Shown one piece after another: positions 19,846-28,597 of a DNA stretch of 64,000 bases. The DNA is from an uncultured Planctomycetia bacterium. Its GTDB lineage: Bacteria > Omnitrophota > Gorgyraeia > Tantalellales > Tantalellaceae. Position numbers and translations under genes: made by a program. The notes below the pieces were generated by a model. The model worked only from the letters and a program-made list of their open reading frames with translations, was not told the origin of the DNA and made no database searches. Where the stretch lies: positions 50,986 to 114,985 of the forward strand of contig CAZGQR010000002.1 of NCBI GenBank assembly GCA_964527765.1, given 5' to 3'. Within the stretch, counting starts at the first letter, position 1; every line of letters starts with the position of its first letter.

Positions 19846-21048
19846 TTAAATGCTGCGGTGCCTGATGGCGTCTTCGCCGAACCTGTCCAGGATACGGTCA
19901 AGAGCTTTATGGAGCCTTTCCTTTTTTATCATCCGGTCGGAGCCCCGGTCGAACAGGTCTCCCTGATGCGAGGGATCGAGAAGATTCGATACGCGGACCC
20001 CGACCAGTCTTATCGCCTTGTTCCTTAGATCAAAGCTCTCCAGATTTCGCACGGATGTTCCATAGATGATGTCTACGAAGTTTGTGGATGTTTTGATCGT
20101 AGCGGATCTGGTATGGGTCCTGAAATCGGCAAATCTTATTTTCAACGTAACGGTCCGTCCTTTCAGTCCGGATTTGCGCAGGCGGCGGGAGACCTTTTCG
20201 CTCAGGAACATCAGTGTATCCATGATCTCGTTCTTTTCGAGGGTATCCCGTTCAAATGTGTGTTCATTGCTGATCGATTTCACGATGTCGGTTGTTTCCA
20301 CCCGGCGCGGATCGATACCGCCGGCAAGTTTCCAGGCATGCTCGCCGTTTTTTCCGAAGATGCCCTCAAGTTCCCTTACATTTTGTCTCGCCAGGTCGCC
20401 GATAGTATGGATCCCCATTTCTTTGAGCGCCGCGCGCGTCCTTTCACCGATGCCCCACAGCTTTTCCACCGGCAGGGGATGAAGGAAGCCCAGCAGGCCC
20501 TTTTGGTCCACCGCTATCATTCCGTCCGGCTTGCCGAGGTCCGAGGCTATTTTTGCGGTCATCTTGTTAGGCGCCAGCCCCACGGAAGCCGTGAGACCGG
20601 TCTCTTTTTTGATCGCGGTCTTGATCCTGCGGCAGGTCTCCAGCGGCGAGCCGAAAAGGCGCCAGCTGCCCGTTATATCCATGAAGGCCTCATCGATACT
20701 GACCGGCTCTATTTCGGGGGTGAACCTTTCCAGGATCCCGAATATCTTATGGGATATCCGGGCGTATTTCGCCATGTCTACCGGCAGGAACACCGCACCC
20801 GGACACCTTTTGTAAGCGGTTGAAATGGGAAGGGCGGAATGGATTCCGAATCTTCTGGCTTCGTATGAACAGGCCGCGACAACACCCCTGCCTTTCCCCC
20901 CTTTTGGATCTGCGCCTACAATGACCGGTTTGTCCCTGCAGGCGGGATTATCGCGCTGTTCTACGGACGCGAAAAAGGCGTCCATGTCGACATGGGCAAT
21001 GTATCTTTCCTTGGCGTTCATGGTATATTTGGCCGGTTTTATGGTCAT
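19846..21048 (-). CDS. dinB: DNA polymerase IV
   Basis: HVDMDAFFASVE, SYEARRFG, SIDEAF, AKIASD..KPDG. Confidence 0.96.
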   Translation of the reverse strand: MTIKPAKYTMNAKERYIAHVDMDAFFASVEQRDNPACRDKPVIVGADPKGGKGRGVVAACSYEARRFGIHSALPISTAYKRCPGAVFLPVDMAKYARISHKIFGILERFTPEIEPVSIDEAFMDITGSWRLFGSPLETCRRIKTAIKKETGLTASVGLAPNKMTAKIASDLGKPDGMIAVDQKGLLGFLHPLPVEKLWGIGERTRAALKEMGIHTIGDLARQNVRELEGIFGKNGEHAWKLAGGIDPRRVETTDIVKSISNEHTFERDTLEKNEIMDTLMFLSEKVSRRLRKSGLKGRTVTLKIRFADFRTHTRSATIKTSTNFVDIIYGTSVRNLESFDLRNKAIRLVGVRVSNLLDPSHQGDLFDRGSDRMIKKERLHKALDRILDRFGEDAIRHRSI

Positions 21049-21069
21049 TTAAGATTGTACCACAACATG

Positions 21070-21098
21070 TTGACAATGATCAGGATTTTACCTATAAT
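21070..21098 (+). promoter_or_regulatory. Perfect sigma70 promoter for the tRNA-Asn gene
   Basis: TTGACA (21070-75), 17 bp, TATAAT (21093-98). Confidence 0.9.
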
Positions 21099-21128
21099 TA
21101 AAATTCACCGGATGATTTTTAAGTACGC

Positions 21129-21540
21129 TCCCCGGTAGCTCAATGGTAGTAGCGACTGGCTGTAAATGAGGCCATGACTTATGGAGCGACAGCGAACATA
21201 AGTCATGCGACCGAATTTATCCCGAGCCATAAGTTTTGCGAAGCAAAACAAAATAATCTGGCGAGGGATGAATGTTGCAGCTTCCAAGGGAAACCTTGGT
21301 TGAAAAATTGGGTGAATTCAGGGAATCCTACGGCAGAAATGCTATGGAAACCGTGAGCAAAGCCTGCTGAAGAGACGTTGTGTAAGCAGGAATGTGCAGA
21401 GACTAAGGGATGAGGATCTCTACCAATAAGCCCTGCAAGCGCCCAATACCCTTAGGGGTAATGAGATAGTCCTACCCTTACGGAAACGTAAGAAGGTTGT
21501 AACCAGTAGGTTGTTGGTTCGAGTCCAACCCGGGGAGCCA
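21129..21540 (+). tRNA. tRNA-Asn(GUU), intron-containing; exons 21129-21163 and 21500-21540
   Basis: Joined exons give a 76-nt cloverleaf: acceptor TCCCCGG/CCGGGGA, discriminator G, encoded CCA, anticodon stem ACTGG/CCAGT, loop CT-GT|T-AA, T-arm GTTGG-TTCGAGT-CCAAC. Confidence 0.93.
21164..21499 (+). ncRNA. Group I self-splicing intron (336 nt, no ORF) in the tRNA-Asn anticodon
   Basis: Exon ends in U and intron ends in G; P1 GCUGU|AA pairs UUGCAGC (21275-81) with a U.G at the splice site; P3 ATTGGGTG/CGCCCAAT; P element AATTCAGGGAA; Q AACCGTGAGC; R GCAGAGACTA; S ATGAGATAGTCC (P7 GACTA/TAGTC); P8; P9 CTTACG-GAAA-CGTAAG. Confidence 0.92.
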
Positions 21541-21545
21541 AATTT

Positions 21546-21586
21546 AACCCCTTGCGATCAAATAGATCGCAAGGGGTTTTGTTTTT
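21546..21586 (+). terminator. Intrinsic terminator after tRNA-Asn
   Basis: AACCCCTTGCGATC-aaata-GATCGCAAGGGGTT followed by a T-rich tract. Confidence 0.85.
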
Positions 21587-21627
21587 GAAACAAAAAATGA
21601 TATACTTGGGTAAAAAAGGAGGTAGAT

Positions 21628-22017
21628 ATGGATGCCGCGGTGTTTATCGCCAGGATTTTTGGCCTGCTTTATCTTGTCGCTGCTATAGGCATGATGGCGA
21701 ACAGGGAATTTTATCAGAAAGTCATGGAAGATTTCTGTAAAAATTCAACCCTGGTCCTTTATGGCGGGCTGCTCGCGCTTATTATGGGAGTCGTGATCAT
21801 CCTGATCCATAATGTATGGGTGGCTAACTGGACCGTGATAATCACGATCATAGGTTGGGCCGGGCTTATCAAGGGTATATGGATAATAGTCTTTCCAGGC
21901 ACGGTCTCCAGGTTCATGCAGGCCTACCAAAAAAATGAAAACCTGATAATGGTTCATTCGATCGCAGCGCTTATCCTTGGCGCTGTTTTGACTTTTTTTG
22001 GATTTTTCGCGGGATAA
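21628..22017 (+). CDS. Small 4-TM membrane protein of unknown function
   Basis: AGGAGG RBS, four hydrophobic segments, HNVW..IITIIGW..LIKG. Confidence 0.75.
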   Translation: MDAAVFIARIFGLLYLVAAIGMMANREFYQKVMEDFCKNSTLVLYGGLLALIMGVVIILIHNVWVANWTVIITIIGWAGLIKGIWIIVFPGTVSRFMQAYQKNENLIMVHSIAALILGAVLTFFGFFAG

Positions 22018-22068
22018 GGCACTTTCCCAAAAAACTCCGGGACTTGCAATCCCGGGGAACCGTTAAGT

Positions 22069-22095
22069 AAAAAAGCCGCCCTTGGCGGCTTTTTT
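22069..22095 (+). terminator. Intrinsic (potentially bidirectional) terminator
   Basis: AAAAAAGCCGCC-ctt-GGCGGCTTTTTT. Confidence 0.85.
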
Positions 22096-22161
22096 ATCCG
22101 GATCGCCTTCCCGGGCATATTTTATTTGGGATTTGCCGTTTTAATGGGTATAATTTAGCAT

Positions 22162-23901
22162 ATGAAAATACACAGGATCGGCAGATTAATATTTATCATA
22201 ATAACCCTGGGTATTTTTTCCATAATTTTCGAGGACGCGGCATTGCGGGTGCCGTTTCTCGGCCCTGTCGGCCACGCTCTTGATTTTGTCATTTTCTTCC
22301 TGTTCATATTCGCGTTCCTGGCGAGGCTCTCCAGGACCCGGAATAAAATAAAATTCATAAAGAGAAGCATTTTCGGAATAATCCTTATTACGGTCCTTTT
22401 CCTGTCGTTCATGTACGCCAAGTATTTCTATTTTTTTGTGGGATCGCACCCGTGGCACAAGATCCCCGTCAGTATTTTCCTGGTAGCGATCCTTTTCATC
22501 GCTCTCAATGCGTTCCTTCACATGGATAAGCTAAGGGCCTTTTTCCGTTATTTTTCCATACGCCCGGCCCGGACCATCTTTCTGAGTTTCATCATAGTGA
22601 TACTGGCAGGCACGGTGCTTTTGATGATGCCGTTCTCGGCCTCTTACCAAGTAAGGGTGGGGTTCATCGACGCCTTGTTCACGGCGACCTCCGCTATGTG
22701 CGTCACGGGGCTTGTCATAGGCAATACCGCCACCATGTTTTCCGGTTTTGGGAAATTGGTCATAATGCTCCTGATACAGACCGGAGGGCTCGGCATCATG
22801 ATCCTGGCGGTTTTTGTCGCGTTCCGTGTGGGGCGGAAACTGACTTCCCAGGACAAGATTGCAATGTCCCACATGCTGGATGACACCGGCATGAAAAACC
22901 TCGCCCAGCGCGTCAGGAACATCATTTCATTCACGGTTTTCTTCGAGGCATGCGGAGCTCTGTTTTTATTTGCCCCCTTCAAAGAGTCGGTCGGGGGGAG
23001 CATGAAAGCCGCGTTCTTTGCCGTGTTCCATTCGATCTCCGCTTTCTGTAATGCGGGTTTTGCGCTCTTTTCGGATAATCTGGAGCAATTCAGCTCTTCC
23101 GTTCCGGTCAACCTGACCGTGGCGGGTCTTATTATTGCGGGCGGCATCAGCTTTATCGTTATAAGCGACCTGTTCGGAAATCTTAAAGCCAGGGCCAAAA
23201 GAAGGTTTTTTCAGGGAAAGCAGAAACCATCGGGGCTGACCCTGAACACTAAAATAGTGCTCGCAGTGACTATTATCCTGCTTGTTTCAGGGACGCTGCT
23301 TATTTACGCCTTTGAATATGACTCCAATTTACGGTCGCTTGATATAAAAACGGGATGCCTGGAAGCTTTTTTTCAGACGGTGACCCTGCGCACGGCAGGC
23401 TTCAATACGATGGATATCTCCGGACTGCAGGGCGCCACATATTGCCTTATGATATTATTCATGTTCATAGGGGGCGCCGCCGGTTCTACTGCGGGCGGCA
23501 TCAAGGTAAACACCGTAGGGGTCTTATGGGCGCACATAAGATCCATTTTTGCCAACCGGGACGAAGTCGTGCTGATGAAACATTCGATACCTAAAAGCAT
23601 GATCAGCCAGGCTTTTTTAGTGGTGTTCCTGTCCCTGGGAGCCCTGTTTATTGGAGTCCTGATCCTGGCCCTGATCGAGCAGAGGGAAGTCATTAAGGTC
23701 GTATTTGAGGCTGTTTCCGCGTTCGGAACGGTGGGCCTCTCGACGGGTATAACCCCGCAGCTGGCCGGCGTAAGCAAAATAGTGATCATCCTCCTTATGA
23801 TCATCGGCAGGCTGGGGCCACTGACGCTTATTGCTATCCTTTCCGGAAAAGCCGAGCGCTCCCGCCTGGAATATCCTGTAGGGAAAGTCAACATAGGTTA
23901 G
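22162..23901 (+). CDS. trkH: TrkH/KtrB potassium uptake membrane subunit with N-terminal TM extension
   Basis: FTATSAMCVTGL, HSISAFCNAGF, RTAGFN, GSTAGGIK, SAFGTVGLS pore loops. Confidence 0.92.
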   Translation: MKIHRIGRLIFIIITLGIFSIIFEDAALRVPFLGPVGHALDFVIFFLFIFAFLARLSRTRNKIKFIKRSIFGIILITVLFLSFMYAKYFYFFVGSHPWHKIPVSIFLVAILFIALNAFLHMDKLRAFFRYFSIRPARTIFLSFIIVILAGTVLLMMPFSASYQVRVGFIDALFTATSAMCVTGLVIGNTATMFSGFGKLVIMLLIQTGGLGIMILAVFVAFRVGRKLTSQDKIAMSHMLDDTGMKNLAQRVRNIISFTVFFEACGALFLFAPFKESVGGSMKAAFFAVFHSISAFCNAGFALFSDNLEQFSSSVPVNLTVAGLIIAGGISFIVISDLFGNLKARAKRRFFQGKQKPSGLTLNTKIVLAVTIILLVSGTLLIYAFEYDSNLRSLDIKTGCLEAFFQTVTLRTAGFNTMDISGLQGATYCLMILFMFIGGAAGSTAGGIKVNTVGVLWAHIRSIFANRDEVVLMKHSIPKSMISQAFLVVFLSLGALFIGVLILALIEQREVIKVVFEAVSAFGTVGLSTGITPQLAGVSKIVIILLMIIGRLGPLTLIAILSGKAERSRLEYPVGKVNIG

Positions 23902-23936
23902 TGACGGCAGTTGCGGATAAAGGAGGCGATTTGGTG

Positions 23937-24929
23937 ATGAAGAGGCGCAAGACCCTGATCGTGGACGGGAAAACAGTGAAAAGTCTGATCACTGTCAGGG
24001 GGGCGATAAGGGAAGTGGAGAAGGCCTTTAAGCTTTTTGGCGAAGGTAAGGTGCAGATGCCCCCTAAAGTCTACATACATCTTAATAAATATAAGGGGGA
24101 TTTTCGGGCAATGCCCGCGTATGTCGAGGGCCTGGAAAAGTGCAGTATAAAATGGGTGAACGTGCACCCCGAAAACAGAAAGAAAGCGCTCCCGACGGTC
24201 ATGGCGATCATAATACTGAGCGATCCGGCGAACGGTTTTCCGCTCTCTGTGATGGATGCCACATATGTGACAGCTTTAAGGACCGGGGCGGCAGGCGGTG
24301 TCGCGGCTAAATATCTTGCCAGGAAAGATTCAAAGAGCGTCGCCCTTGTCGGCTGCGGCGTACAGGCCCAGACCCAGCTCGCGGCTTTGAACGAGAATTT
24401 TAATATCGAACGCGTCAGGATATGGGGACACCTGCGCTCGGAAGCCGCCGGGTTCAAAAGAAAGGCAAGCGGGATCGGGGATTTTAAAATGGAGATCTCG
24501 AAGACGATCAAGTCGTGCGTCGAGGACAGCGACATAATAGTTACGACCACGCCTTCGCGCCGGCCGCTCGTCAGATCGGGGTGGCTCAAAAGAGGCGCGC
24601 ATGTAAACGCCATCGGGGCGGATGCAAAAGGCAAGCAGGAGCTGGATCCGAAGATATTGAAAAAAGCGAAGATCGTGGTAGACGCCTGGGAGCAGGCTTC
24701 GCACAGCGGCGAGATAAACGTGCCGCTTGCTGAGCGCCAGATATCGAAAAAGGACATATACGCCGATATCGGGGAAGTGGTCGCCGGCAAAAAGAAAGGA
24801 AGGACAAGCGGAAAAGAGATCACTGTTTTCGATTCGACCGGACTCGCCATACAGGACACGGCTGTCGCGAATGTTGTATATAGGGAAGCTAAAAGGCGCA
24901 GGAAAGGCCGGTATGTGAGTTTTCTGTAA
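23937..24929 (+). CDS. Archaeal-type alanine dehydrogenase (ornithine cyclodeaminase/mu-crystallin family)
   Basis: GDFRAMPAY, IKWVNVHPEN, TALRTGAAG, GCGVQA, AIGADAKGKQELD, FDSTGLAIQD. Confidence 0.85.
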   Translation: MKRRKTLIVDGKTVKSLITVRGAIREVEKAFKLFGEGKVQMPPKVYIHLNKYKGDFRAMPAYVEGLEKCSIKWVNVHPENRKKALPTVMAIIILSDPANGFPLSVMDATYVTALRTGAAGGVAAKYLARKDSKSVALVGCGVQAQTQLAALNENFNIERVRIWGHLRSEAAGFKRKASGIGDFKMEISKTIKSCVEDSDIIVTTTPSRRPLVRSGWLKRGAHVNAIGADAKGKQELDPKILKKAKIVVDAWEQASHSGEINVPLAERQISKKDIYADIGEVVAGKKKGRTSGKEITVFDSTGLAIQDTAVANVVYREAKRRRKGRYVSFL

Positions 24930-24979
24930 TATCAGGGTTCTCACCGGCCGCCGCGCGCCGGGCAAGGCAGGAGACAGAT

Positions 24980-27109
24980 ATGGCAAAAATTAACCTTCCT
25001 AAAAAAGTCAGAAAAAGAGACGCCTCGGTTGTCAGATTCAACAGGGAAAAGATCCTAAAGGCGATCGAAAAGGCCGCGTTTGAAGTCCTGAAGAAAAAAG
25101 CCGATGCCCGTGCCGTATCTCAGACGGTGACCGACCGGGTGACCGATAAACTGTCCTCCCTGTATAAAGGTAAGATCCCGAGCGTCGAATCCATCCAGGA
25201 TATCGTGGAGATGGCCCTGATGAGCGAGGGGTACAGCCACATAGCCAGAAGCTATATCTTGCACCGGGAAAGGCATGCCGAGATCAGACAGGCGAAGTCG
25301 GCTCTGGGCCTCAAGGATGACCTGAAACTGCCGATAAATACCATAGAGGTATTGAAAAGAAGATATCTTCTGAAAGATGATAACAGGGATCTGGTAGAGA
25401 CCCCGAGCGAGCTCTTCAGGAGGGTGGCTTCGGCTGTTGCCCGGGCGGAGAAGGGCCTGAAGTCAGGGCCCGGCGTCAGGGAAACCGAAGAGAATTTCTA
25501 CGGGATGATGCGGGACCTGGAGTTCATGCCGAATTCGCCGACTCTCATGAACGCGGGCACTTCCCTGGGGCAGCTTTCCGCCTGTTTTGTCCTTCCGGTG
25601 GAGGATTCCATGGAAGGGATATTCGAAGCGCTGGGGAACATGGCCCGGATCCACCAGAGCGGAGGCGGCACCGGATTCAGTTTTTCAGGATTGAGGCCAA
25701 AAGGCGATCTTGTGAGCTCCACAAAGGGGGAGGCTTCCGGTCCGGTCTCGTTCATGAGCATATTTGACAAAGCCACGGGGATCATTGTCCAGGGCGGCAG
25801 AAGGCGCGGCGCCAACATGGGAATACTGCGCTGCGACCATCCCGACATCGTCGAGTTTATCGGAGCAAAGATAGAAAAGGACAAGTTCAGCAATTTTAAT
25901 CTGTCGGTGGGCATAACCGATAAGTTCATGGGAGCCGTCAGGAAGAACGGGGAATTTGACCTGGTGAATCCCCGCACCGGGCGAAGAGCGCGCAGGATAA
26001 AGGCAAGGGCCGTCTTTGATCTCATGGTCAACGCGGCCTGGAGGACAGGCGATCCGGGGCTGGTATTTCTGGACACGATAAACAGAAAAAACCCCACTCC
26101 GAGTATCGCAAGGATCGAAGCGACGAACCCCTGCGGGGAGCTGCCCCTCCTTCCGTATGAGAGCTGCAACCTGGCCTCTATAAATCTTGCGAAGATGGTG
26201 AAAGGGAGGTCCCCGGACTGGCGGAAGCTCGGGGACCGCGTGAGGTGGGGGATCCGGTTCCTGGATAATGTGATAGAGGTCAACAGGTTCCCTTTGGCGG
26301 AAATAAAAAGAATCACTTTCGCGAACAGGAAAGTAGGTCTCGGAGTAATGGGGTTTGCGGACATGCTTATAAAGCTGGGCATACCTTACGGTTCAAAAGG
26401 GGCCATCGAGCTTGCGGAAAAACTCATGCGGTTCATACACAGGCAGTCCATAAACGCCTCGGCGGGGCTGGCCGGGGAAAGAGGGGTTTTCCCGAATTTC
26501 AGAAAGTCCATCTACGCGAAAAGAAATTTGAGGCTGCGTAACGCCACGGTCAATACGATCGCTCCTACCGGCACGATAAGCATAATTGCCGGCTGTTCCA
26601 GCGGGATAGAGCCGCTGTTCGCCGTGAGTTTCGTGCGCAACGTGCTGTCCGGGGCGGAACTTTTTGAGGTCAACCCGATGTTCGAGAAGGCCGCCAGGGA
26701 AAAGGGCATTTACAGCAGGAAGATCCTCGCCGAGATCGCCGGAAAAGGTTCTTTAAAAGACATAAAAAATATCCCGGAGGGCCTGAAACGCGTTTTTGTC
26801 ACGGCGTTCGATATAAAAGCCGAAAAACACCTTCAGACCCAGGCAGCCTTCCAGAAGTATACGGATAATTCCGTTTCCAAGACGATAAACCTGCCTCCGG
26901 AGGCGACGATCGAGGACGTAGAGAAGATATACATGATGGCGCATAAATTAAAATGCAAGGGCATAACCGTTTACAGGTACGGGAGCAAGGATAACCAGGT
27001 GCTGACCTTCGGTTTCGGGGGGAAGGGCGGACAAGTAGGCGAGAGCGATTTACTTACCACCGATGCCGAATATTCCGGGGGATGCATGGCGCGCGCGTGC
27101 CCGTTTTAG
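24980..27109 (+). CDS. nrdJ: Class II (B12-dependent) ribonucleotide reductase with N-terminal ATP cone
   Basis: VRKRD ATP cone, PNSPTLMNAG, QLSACFV, GGRRRGANMG, TNPCGELPL, IAPTGTIS, C-terminal CxxxC. Confidence 0.93.
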   Translation: MAKINLPKKVRKRDASVVRFNREKILKAIEKAAFEVLKKKADARAVSQTVTDRVTDKLSSLYKGKIPSVESIQDIVEMALMSEGYSHIARSYILHRERHAEIRQAKSALGLKDDLKLPINTIEVLKRRYLLKDDNRDLVETPSELFRRVASAVARAEKGLKSGPGVRETEENFYGMMRDLEFMPNSPTLMNAGTSLGQLSACFVLPVEDSMEGIFEALGNMARIHQSGGGTGFSFSGLRPKGDLVSSTKGEASGPVSFMSIFDKATGIIVQGGRRRGANMGILRCDHPDIVEFIGAKIEKDKFSNFNLSVGITDKFMGAVRKNGEFDLVNPRTGRRARRIKARAVFDLMVNAAWRTGDPGLVFLDTINRKNPTPSIARIEATNPCGELPLLPYESCNLASINLAKMVKGRSPDWRKLGDRVRWGIRFLDNVIEVNRFPLAEIKRITFANRKVGLGVMGFADMLIKLGIPYGSKGAIELAEKLMRFIHRQSINASAGLAGERGVFPNFRKSIYAKRNLRLRNATVNTIAPTGTISIIAGCSSGIEPLFAVSFVRNVLSGAELFEVNPMFEKAAREKGIYSRKILAEIAGKGSLKDIKNIPEGLKRVFVTAFDIKAEKHLQTQAAFQKYTDNSVSKTINLPPEATIEDVEKIYMMAHKLKCKGITVYRYGSKDNQVLTFGFGGKGGQVGESDLLTTDAEYSGGCMARACPF

Positions 27110-27163
27110 CGGGAGCGGCTCCCGGTCCAGCGGAAAATACGATAGCACGAGGGAGGTACGATC

Positions 27164-27598
27164 ATGAAATTAACGAGTCCGGAATTCGAAAATAAGGGAT
27201 CCATACCCTCAAAATTCACATGTGAGGGGGAAGACGTAAGCCCCGAACTTATTATCGATGATATCCCGCAAGATGCCGGGAGCCTGGCGCTGATCGTGGA
27301 TGATCCTGACGCCCCCATGGGGACCTGGGTCCACTGGGTGGTCTATGACATGCCCGCGATCTCAAAGATCGACGAGGGCGCTGTCCCGGGCAAACAGGGC
27401 ATCAACGATTTCGGAAAGAAAGACTACGGAGGGCCCTGTCCGCCGTCAGGGCGGCATCGCTACTTTTTCAAGCTATATGCCCTGGACAAGGAACTCGATC
27501 TGGATGAAGGGATCGACAAAAAAGCGCTGGAAAAAGCGATGGACGGGCATATACTCGCCCAGGCCGAACTGGTAGGGTTATATCAGCGCGGAAAATAG
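27164..27598 (+). CDS. YbhB/YbcL PEBP-family protein
   Basis: DPDAP..WVHW, YGGPCPP, HRYFF. Confidence 0.93.
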   Translation: MKLTSPEFENKGSIPSKFTCEGEDVSPELIIDDIPQDAGSLALIVDDPDAPMGTWVHWVVYDMPAISKIDEGAVPGKQGINDFGKKDYGGPCPPSGRHRYFFKLYALDKELDLDEGIDKKALEKAMDGHILAQAELVGLYQRGK

Positions 27599-27619
27599 AG
27601 CGGATTAGAGAGTCAAGGT

Positions 27620-27964
27620 ATGCATATTGACGCCTACTCATTCGGTTCCATGACAGTTAACGGCAGGACGTATACCTCGGATCTCATTGTCTTTCCTGAC
27701 AGGGTAGCTTCCGGCTGGTGGCGGATCGAGGGACACTCCCTGAGCGCGGAAGACCTGAAGGATGTCATAGTTTATAAGCCGGAAGTCCTGATCGTCGGCA
27801 AGGGCGCTTCCGGATGCATGAAGGTCCCCTTGTCCACGAGAAAAGCCCTGGAAGATAAGAACATCGAGATCATCGACAGGAATACGGGCGAAGCCTATGC
27901 CCTTTTTAATGAAGAGATCAAAAAGGGCAGGAGGGCTGTAGGCGCGTTCCATCTTACGTGTTAA
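27620..27964 (+). CDS. Mth938/DUF498-like protein
   Basis: YSFG..., IVGKG.SG, C-terminal HLTC. Confidence 0.85.
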   Translation: MHIDAYSFGSMTVNGRTYTSDLIVFPDRVASGWWRIEGHSLSAEDLKDVIVYKPEVLIVGKGASGCMKVPLSTRKALEDKNIEIIDRNTGEAYALFNEEIKKGRRAVGAFHLTC

Positions 27965-28041
27965 ACCCGGCCTATTTCTTCAAGTCTTGAAAGAGCTTAC
28001 CGCCCCGGTTTATATATCCCGAGATTTACATGTTATTGCCC

Positions 28042-28092
28042 TTGACAGGGGAAAGAAAATGATGTAAAATTGATAATGGAAACCATTTTCAA
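28042..28092 (+). promoter_or_regulatory. Sigma70 promoter with adjacent Fur-type box
   Basis: TTGACA (28042-47), 17 bp, TAAAAT (28065-70), then TTGATAATGGAAACCATTTTCAA, resembling the Fur box GATAATGATAATCATTATC, directly upstream of a Fur-family gene. Confidence 0.8.
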
Positions 28093-28110
28093 TAAGGAAG
28101 GCGGATAAAA

Positions 28111-28581
28111 ATGCCGGGGAGAAGAGTTACGGGCCTGCACCGGTGGCATGGAAGGTTCAGGGGGTGCGGCTACAGGATGACCGTTCCGAGGCAGGCGATA
28201 CTGGACGTTTTAACTAAGACATCCAAGCACCTGAGCGCCGAGGATATATACTTTGAAGTCCATAAGATCTATCCCCATGTCGGGCTTACAACGGTCTATC
28301 GCACGCTGGAACTTCTTGTCCAGATGGACCTGATCTTTAAGTTTGATTTCGGGGACGGCAGGGCGCGGTATGAACTGGCAGAAGGGCCGAAAGGCGCTCA
28401 TCACCACCATTTGATATGCGTGAAGTGTAAAAGGGTAATAGATTATACCGATTTCATGGATGAAGAGGCGGAGTTTCTGAAAAGAGCGGAGAAGGGCCTT
28501 GCCAAAAAGTATAAGTTCGAGGTAAAGGGCCATCTTATCCGATTTTACGGATTATGCGAGAAATGTAAAAGTAAAAAGTGA
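28111..28581 (+). CDS. fur: Fur-family transcriptional regulator
   Basis: HLSAEDIY, TTVYRTL, HHHHLICVKC, GLCEKC. Confidence 0.9.
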   Translation: MPGRRVTGLHRWHGRFRGCGYRMTVPRQAILDVLTKTSKHLSAEDIYFEVHKIYPHVGLTTVYRTLELLVQMDLIFKFDFGDGRARYELAEGPKGAHHHHLICVKCKRVIDYTDFMDEEAEFLKRAEKGLAKKYKFEVKGHLIRFYGLCEKCKSKK

Positions 28582-28597
28582 AGGGAAGGTGAGTACG

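Noticed and set aside
21105-21356. Two 60-aa ORFs overlapping the tRNA intron (possible homing endonuclease)
   Set aside because: Too short, no LAGLIDADG, GIY-YIG or HNH motifs, no RBS; they overlap structured RNA
22030-22095. Possible c-di-AMP (ydaO) riboswitch upstream of trkH (hairpin + GGGGAACCG + terminator)
   Set aside because: Too short and lacks the other conserved ydaO elements; a separate promoter lies downstream of the terminator, which is better explained as ending the upstream gene
21500-22100. Integrative element at the tRNA 3' end
   Set aside because: No integrase and no duplicated tRNA 3' end (att) seen in the window
24930-24980. Cobalamin riboswitch or NrdR box before nrdJ
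   Set aside because: The intergenic region is only ~50 bp with no B12 box or convincing NrdR palindrome
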